Shown: piece after piece, positions 59,205 to 64,000 of the stretch | Numbering within the stretch: the stretch's first letter is position 1 | How the letters are laid out: each line of letters opens with the position of its first letter | NCBI GenBank assembly: GCA_044376115.1 | Contig: JBILLK010000013.1 | Location: 32,001 to 96,000 of the forward strand | Direction of reading: 5' to 3' | Source of the DNA: Polyangiaceae bacterium | Lineage (GTDB): Bacteria > Myxococcota_A > Polyangia > Polyangiales > Polyangiaceae | Length of the DNA stretch: 64,000 bases | Position numbers and translations under genes: made by a program | Notes under the pieces: model-generated | The model's input: only the letters and a program-made list of their open reading frames with translations | Databases searched by the model: none | What the model was told of the DNA's origin: nothing

Positions 59205-59960
59205 GGGTCGCCCGCGGGCCGAAGCGCCCTCCCCTCACCTCGGTGCCCGGGCTCATTGGCGGTGCTCGGAGCGACATTCGGCGGGCCGATGGTTTATCGC
59301 AGGCCCCAATGTCGCTCCTGCCGTTCGGTTTGCAGCGCTGGGCCACGAACGTGCCGCGATTTTCCGAGGGAATCGCAAAGGGGCCGCAGCCCTCGTCGGC
59401 CCGCACCGGTCGCCGCGGTCGCTGCACCGGTCGCCGCCGCGGCTCGGAGCGACATTGAGCGGGCCGATGGTTTATCGCAGGCCCCAATGTCGCTGGGCGC
59501 GGCGGAGTTCGACTTTCGCATGCGGATAGCGACGTAACCGCCGGGAGCTGCGCTAGCCCCCCTGGGTTACTTCGCTCAATTGGACGGTTTACTCGCTAAA
59601 CAGGAGGGTTACGGGAGGGTTGCCGCGGCCAGGGCAACCAATTTGGCCAATATCTAGGTAGCGACGCGCATCGAGCCTCATCGGATGCGACGTAACCGCC
59701 GGGAGCTAGCGCAGCTCCCCCGCCTTACGGCGCATTGGAGCGCATCGAGCCTCATCGGATGCGACGTAACCGCCTGGAGCTAGCGCAGCTCCCCCGCCTT
59801 ACTTCGCATTGGAGCGCATCGGGCCTCATCGGATGCGGCGTAACCGCCGGGAGCTAGCGCAGCTCCCCCGCCTTACTTCGCATTGGAGCGCATCGAGCCT
59901 CATCGGATGCGACGTAACCGCCGGGAGCTAGCGCAGCTCCCCCGCCTTACTTCGCATTGG
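59205..59960 (+). repeat. Full composite C/D element: head, C hairpins 59271 and 59449, core, four tandem 74-bp D units (59666, 59740, 59814, 59888)
   Basis: Direct reading. Confidence 0.93.
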
Positions 59961-60155
59961 TCGCAATCGACCACGCGGCGTTCCCTGGCCGCTGCGCCCA
60001 AGAGGCAGACGGCCCTGCGCACAGACCACCCGGGCGCGGGCCGGACACCGCGTCTCGATCTCCGCCGGGAGCGCAGCCTGCGCCGATGCGTCGTTGGAGG
60101 ACTCGAGCGACTGTGCATCCAGTGCACCTGCCTGCGAGGTGGGCAACGACGATGG

Positions 60156-60548
60156 TCAGTTGACGAGTGTCCGGTACCCGCTGCCGACGGCGAGCCGCTC
60201 GTCCGCAGTAACGAGCGTGAGATCGAGGATGCTCGCCGTCGCCGCTAGGAAGCGGTCCGCCGGATCAGGATGGGATAGCCCGATCCGTCGACTCTCAATG
60301 GCTATTGCGTACGTCAGCGGAGCTTCACGAAGGGGGGCCTCTGACAGGGCGCGTTCGACCCACGAGCGTGCGTCCCCCTTGACCCGAACACGCTTGGCTT
60401 CGATGAGCATGAGGGTCTCCCACACTGAGATAGGTGAAAGCCACAGCTCGTTCTTGGTCGATCGAATCGCGCGTTCGACGCGAGGCGATAACCGCTTCGG
60501 ATCGACCAGACTCCAAATCCATATGTGGGTATCGAGGAGCAGGTTCAC
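60156..60548 (-). CDS. vapC: VapC (PIN) toxin
   Basis: LLLDTHIWIW, LSPISVWE, HPDPADRFL.A.A....LVTAD. Confidence 0.93.
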   Translation of the reverse strand: MNLLLDTHIWIWSLVDPKRLSPRVERAIRSTKNELWLSPISVWETLMLIEAKRVRVKGDARSWVERALSEAPLREAPLTYAIAIESRRIGLSHPDPADRFLAATASILDLTLVTADERLAVGSGYRTLVN

Positions 60549-60796
60549 TTGGGCACGGCTTCCCACTCGACTCCGACCGGGTCCACGAGATCGCCCGTGA
60601 TCGTTGCGCTGGACGCGTAGCATCCGAGCCAGTCGCGGGTCGCCTCTGTCGCCGAAGGCGCCACGATGTCTGCCACAGGGCGGCCGAATCGCGTGATGCG
60701 CAACGGGCGACCTGTCTTGCGTACTCGCTCGAGCGCCGCCAAACACGTGGCCTTGAACTTCGAAATCGGCGGTTTCACCAAGGCAATCCGTACCAT
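60545..60796 (-). CDS. Phd/YefM-family antitoxin
   Basis: ISKFKA.CL..L..V..TG.P..IT..G.PVA.IV; GTGA overlap with vapC. Confidence 0.88.
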   Translation of the reverse strand: MVRIALVKPPISKFKATCLAALERVRKTGRPLRITRFGRPVADIVAPSATEATRDWLGCYASSATITGDLVDPVGVEWEAVPK

Positions 60797-60822
60797 GGCC
60801 AAAGACCATGCTCAACGCAGGG

Positions 60823-61423
60823 AGCTCGCAAAGGGGCCGCGGCCCTCGTCGTCGGGCACGTCGCCACCGCTGCTCGGAGCGACATTGGGGGGGGCCGATG
60901 GTTTATCGCAGGCCCCAATGTCGCTGCCTACCTTCCGTAAGCAGCGCTCGGCTACGAACGTGCCGCGATTTTCCGAGGGAATCGCAAAGGGGCCGCGGCC
61001 CGCGTCGGCCCGCACCGGTCGCCGCGGTCGCTGCACCGGTCGCCGCCGCTGCTCGGAGCGACATTCGGCGGGACGATGGTTTATCGCAGGCCCCAATGTC
61101 GCTGGGCGCGGGCGGAGTTCGACTTTCCCAGGCGCGCAAGCGACGTAACCGCCAGGAGCTGCGCTAGCCCCCCTTGGTTACTTCGCTAAATTGGGCGGTT
61201 TACTCGCTAAACGGGACGGTTACGGCAGGGGTGCCGCGGCCAGGGCGGTAAATTTAGCCAATATCTAGGTAGCGACGCGCATCGAGCCTCATCGGATGCG
61301 ACGTAACCGCCTGGAGCTAGCGCAGCTCACCCGCCTTACTTCGCATTGGCGCGCATCGGGCCTCATCGGACGCGATGTAACCGCCTGGAGCTGCGCTAGC
61401 CCCCCCGCCTTACTTCGCATTGG
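60823..61423 (+). repeat. Composite C/D element (C hairpins 60879 and 61058, core, two 74-bp D units)
   Basis: Matches 59271-59960. Confidence 0.92.
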
Positions 61424-61490
61424 TCGCAATCGGCCGCGCGGCGCCCCCGCGCACGCGCCCGCGCGCACGCGGCGTCCCCGGGTCTTCGCC

Positions 61491-62735
61491 CTAAGCGGCT
61501 ATTGCAAAGTAATAATCGAATAGCGCCAGCGCGGTCTCTGGTTCGGGGAGGCCGAGGTTTGGGCACGCGGTCGCCTGTTCGAGTGAAGCGCGTAGTTCTT
61601 GCTGCGCGCGGCTGCGAGCGACGGCGACCTGCGCGCGGGCGGCTTCGTCGAGCTGCTTGGCCAGCCATTGGTCGACGTCCTCGGCGAGGGCTGCGTGTTC
61701 GCGCTCGTCCTTCGCGATTGCGCAAAAGTCCGGGCGCAGCGAGGGTGAGGCGCGCTCGGCTTGGAAGCTCGCGACCAAGGCGCCGTACGCCTCACGCACG
61801 CAGCCTTCGATGGCGTTCTCGACCGCGATCGGTAGTAGCTCGCGCACGACGAGATTTGCGTGCGTTGGCTTGCCGACGCGGCCACCGTGCGCCTGTGCGA
61901 GTCGACGGAGGATGCGCGTATGGCGCACCTCATCGCGTGCGGCCTGGGTTGCGCGTTGGGCTAGCTCGCTGGGTGCACCGTGGGCCTCGAGCTCGCGCGC
62001 GAGCCGTTGAAAGGCCGGGACACTCGCGGCCTCGAGTTCGGCCATCTGCGCGAGCACCGCGCCTTCGTGCGAGGCGTGGGCGTGGTCGCGCGTGAGTTGC
62101 AAACCCTCCGGCTGCCTTCCGCAGTGGTGCTGCTGCTCGGGGTTCTTTTCGACGACGAAGGTCTGGAGCTCGCTGGAGACGACGGTGCCGTCACGGCGCA
62201 ACGCTGCGCGCTCCACGACGAGGCGCTTGGCCGCAACCTTTTCCTTGCGCGCCGGCGGACAAGGTTTCTGTGGCCCGGGCCCGGGGCAGCACACGGGGGT
62301 GCGCGTGACCTCGATCGTGGTTGCCTCTTGGGACCTCGTGAGCACACACAGGACCTGCTCCTTGTGCGGCACCCAGATCGCCTTGTCGAAGTTCTGCGTC
62401 CCAGAGTCCTCCGGAAGCTGCACGACCTTTGCCTTCGTCAGGTCGACCTTGACGTTCTCCATGTGCTCCTTGCAAAGGAACTTCGAGTCGGGCGCAGAGG
62501 CGGTCCCGTTCGCAGGCGGATCGAGCGGAGGGATGCGGTTCACCGTGGGGTCGGGAGCCGGCGTGCTCGCGACCGTCAGCGCAGTAGACGTCGCTTGCGC
62601 GCTGGCACTCGGCGTCGCCGACGGAGTGACCAACGCCTCGTTCGGTTGCGCGGGCGCGGACTTTTGACAGCCGGCCAACACGAGCAAGACCGCTTCGACG
62701 ATTCGACGCTCAACCGAGCCGCGCGAGAGGGACAT
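61491..62735 (-). CDS. Myxobacterial-type lipoprotein with C-terminal ferritin-like domain
   Basis: VLAGC lipobox; CGR.PEGL, LEAASVPAF..L..EL..HGAP, DE.RH, NA.EGCV.E, DEREHA. Confidence 0.85.
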   Translation of the reverse strand: MSLSRGSVERRIVEAVLLVLAGCQKSAPAQPNEALVTPSATPSASAQATSTALTVASTPAPDPTVNRIPPLDPPANGTASAPDSKFLCKEHMENVKVDLTKAKVVQLPEDSGTQNFDKAIWVPHKEQVLCVLTRSQEATTIEVTRTPVCCPGPGPQKPCPPARKEKVAAKRLVVERAALRRDGTVVSSELQTFVVEKNPEQQHHCGRQPEGLQLTRDHAHASHEGAVLAQMAELEAASVPAFQRLARELEAHGAPSELAQRATQAARDEVRHTRILRRLAQAHGGRVGKPTHANLVVRELLPIAVENAIEGCVREAYGALVASFQAERASPSLRPDFCAIAKDEREHAALAEDVDQWLAKQLDEAARAQVAVARSRAQQELRASLEQATACPNLGLPEPETALALFDYYFAIAA

Positions 62736-62888
62736 GGGCGCGAGAGTAGCCGATCGACCGGCGCCCTCCTCTTCAATGAGCGGGCTTCCGCTGGGCTGCC
62801 TCGCGGGACAAACGGCGCTCATGCGCTCAAGGTTACCAAGGAGGGCGACCGTTGGGGCGGCCAGGGGCGGCGGCGGGTCGGTTCCCGT

Positions 62889-63180
62889 GCGACATTCGGA
62901 ACATCCGCCTAGCGAAGTAACCCCGGCAAGCTGCGGTAGCCCACCCGACTTAGTTCGCATTGGGAGCAGCATTCGCCCTACCCGACCGCCCCCTGCACGG
63001 GCCCGGGCCCGCCTAAGGCATCCGCTATGCGGCTTTTTGCGGGCTAATCGCCTATCGAGCAGAGCCCGCTAACACGCTATTGCGCAAAGAGCGCGTCATT
63101 GAGCGAAGTAACCCCCGGGGGCTAGCGCAGCTCCCCCACCTTACTTCGCATTGGGCCGTTCCCCTTACTTCGCATTGGGC
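62889..63180 (+). repeat. Degenerate C/D element with core matching 38760-38892
   Basis: ATGCGGCTTTTTGCGG.CTAAT.GCCTATCGAGCA..GCCCGCTAACACGCTATTGCGCA. Confidence 0.82.
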
Positions 63181-63214
63181 CATTCGACGGAACCATTGCG
63201 CAACGCAGCCGAGC

Positions 63215-63736
63215 TCAGAACGCCAGACGAAACGAAGCGCCGGTTGGAGAGACCGCGATGGTCGGAACGAGCTCGGCCTCTTGTCGCTGTTCGCCCACGG
63301 CGATGAGCGGGATACCGACGGCGAGGTGGGCGACGCCGGCCGCGAGGATGGACCCACCGATGAGGTTGTAGCTTGGGGTGAAGGCGTAGCAGAGCGACGT
63401 CCCCAACACCGTGGATTGGTTGTCGAGGGCTTCGTCTTCGCAAGGCGCGTTGGCGATTCCCAGCACCACCGCGCCGGCGATGGCCTGCACGACGCCGAGG
63501 CCCGTGATGACCGAACCCACGACGGTCATCGGGACGCTCTTGCGCGGCGCCTCGAGCTCCTGCGTGACGGGCGACAGATCTTTGCGGCGCGGTGAGAGCG
63601 CTTCGGAGCTGTCTGCAACGTTGGCCGCTGTCGGTTCGCTCGTGGGTGTTGGTTCGCTCGTGGGCTCCTCAGCGAACGCGTTGAAGGTGGGGAGCGCGAG
63701 CAACGAAGCAATGAGAAGATGGTGGATGCGGTTCAT
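63215..63736 (-). CDS. Hypothetical secreted/membrane protein
   Basis: AFA signal peptide, two hydrophobic helices, terminal Phe. Confidence 0.75.
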   Translation of the reverse strand: MNRIHHLLIASLLALPTFNAFAEEPTSEPTPTSEPTAANVADSSEALSPRRKDLSPVTQELEAPRKSVPMTVVGSVITGLGVVQAIAGAVVLGIANAPCEDEALDNQSTVLGTSLCYAFTPSYNLIGGSILAAGVAHLAVGIPLIAVGEQRQEAELVPTIAVSPTGASFRLAF

Positions 63737-63965
63737 GTCCTTCGCTTCAGCAAGCGCTGGGCCGCACAAGATTTTCGGACTTCTTAGGCTGCTCGCGACG
63801 CGCAACCATGACAGCCGGATCCCGCAAAAAATAGTTTGAAGGATCCGTCGCACTCAGCACAAACACAGGGGAATTCGTGCGTTTTTCGAGGCCGGCGTGG
63901 CCGTCGTCCAGAGCCACCGTTCGCGGCCGGGGCTCGGAGTGCACCCGTCGCACCGGTAGCCGCCG

Positions 63966-64000
63966 CTGCTCAGAGTGACATTGGGCGGGCCGATGGTTTA
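63966..64000 (+). repeat. Start of another family C hairpin (cut by the window edge)
   Basis: GCTCAGAGTGACATTGGGCGGGCCGATGGTTTA. Confidence 0.8.

Noticed and set aside
59666..59960. 74-bp tandem units as CRISPR
   Set aside because: No unique spacers; pure tandem repeat.
56480..64000. Canonical integron attC sites
   Set aside because: Hairpin ends (e.g. ACGTAAC/GTTACTT) do not fit RYYYAAC/GTTRRRY, and no intI is seen; kept only as an analogy.
1..64000. All frameshifts as sequencing noise
   Set aside because: Several are multi-base deletions or truncations concentrated in toxins while the 9-kb spike operon is intact. The single-site cases (2305, 52940, 55778) could still be errors.

Overview
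High-GC bacterial DNA, most likely Myxococcota (Polyangiales/Sorangiineae-like). This is inferred from a MYXO-CTERM-type tail, many Gly-linker lipoproteins and a myxobacterial-type ferritin-like lipoprotein. The window is mostly accessory. (1) 0-37 kb: secreted and lipoprotein genes plus a few enzymes and regulators. (2) 37.7-38.4 kb: a COMMD-like protein. (3) 39.3-48.2 kb: an intact orphan contractile-injection spike operon: short VgrG, a 567-aa putative separately encoded spike, DUF2169-pentapeptide, pentapeptide, DUF3540, and a PAAR-like DUF4150 fused to an S41 peptidase. (4) 49-64 kb: toxin-antitoxin modules, many with broken or missing toxins, separated by composite repeat elements like cassettes. 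Several families of 41-47-nt imperfect hairpin repeats occupy largely separate zones: A at 0.2-23.6 kb, B at 23-52.5 kb, C/D at 38.5-64 kb. Intergenic DNA contains short, degenerate copies of genes found elsewhere in the window. I saw no rRNA, tRNA, CRISPR-cas, integrase or transposase. All family assignments come from recognising motifs by eye, not from database searches.
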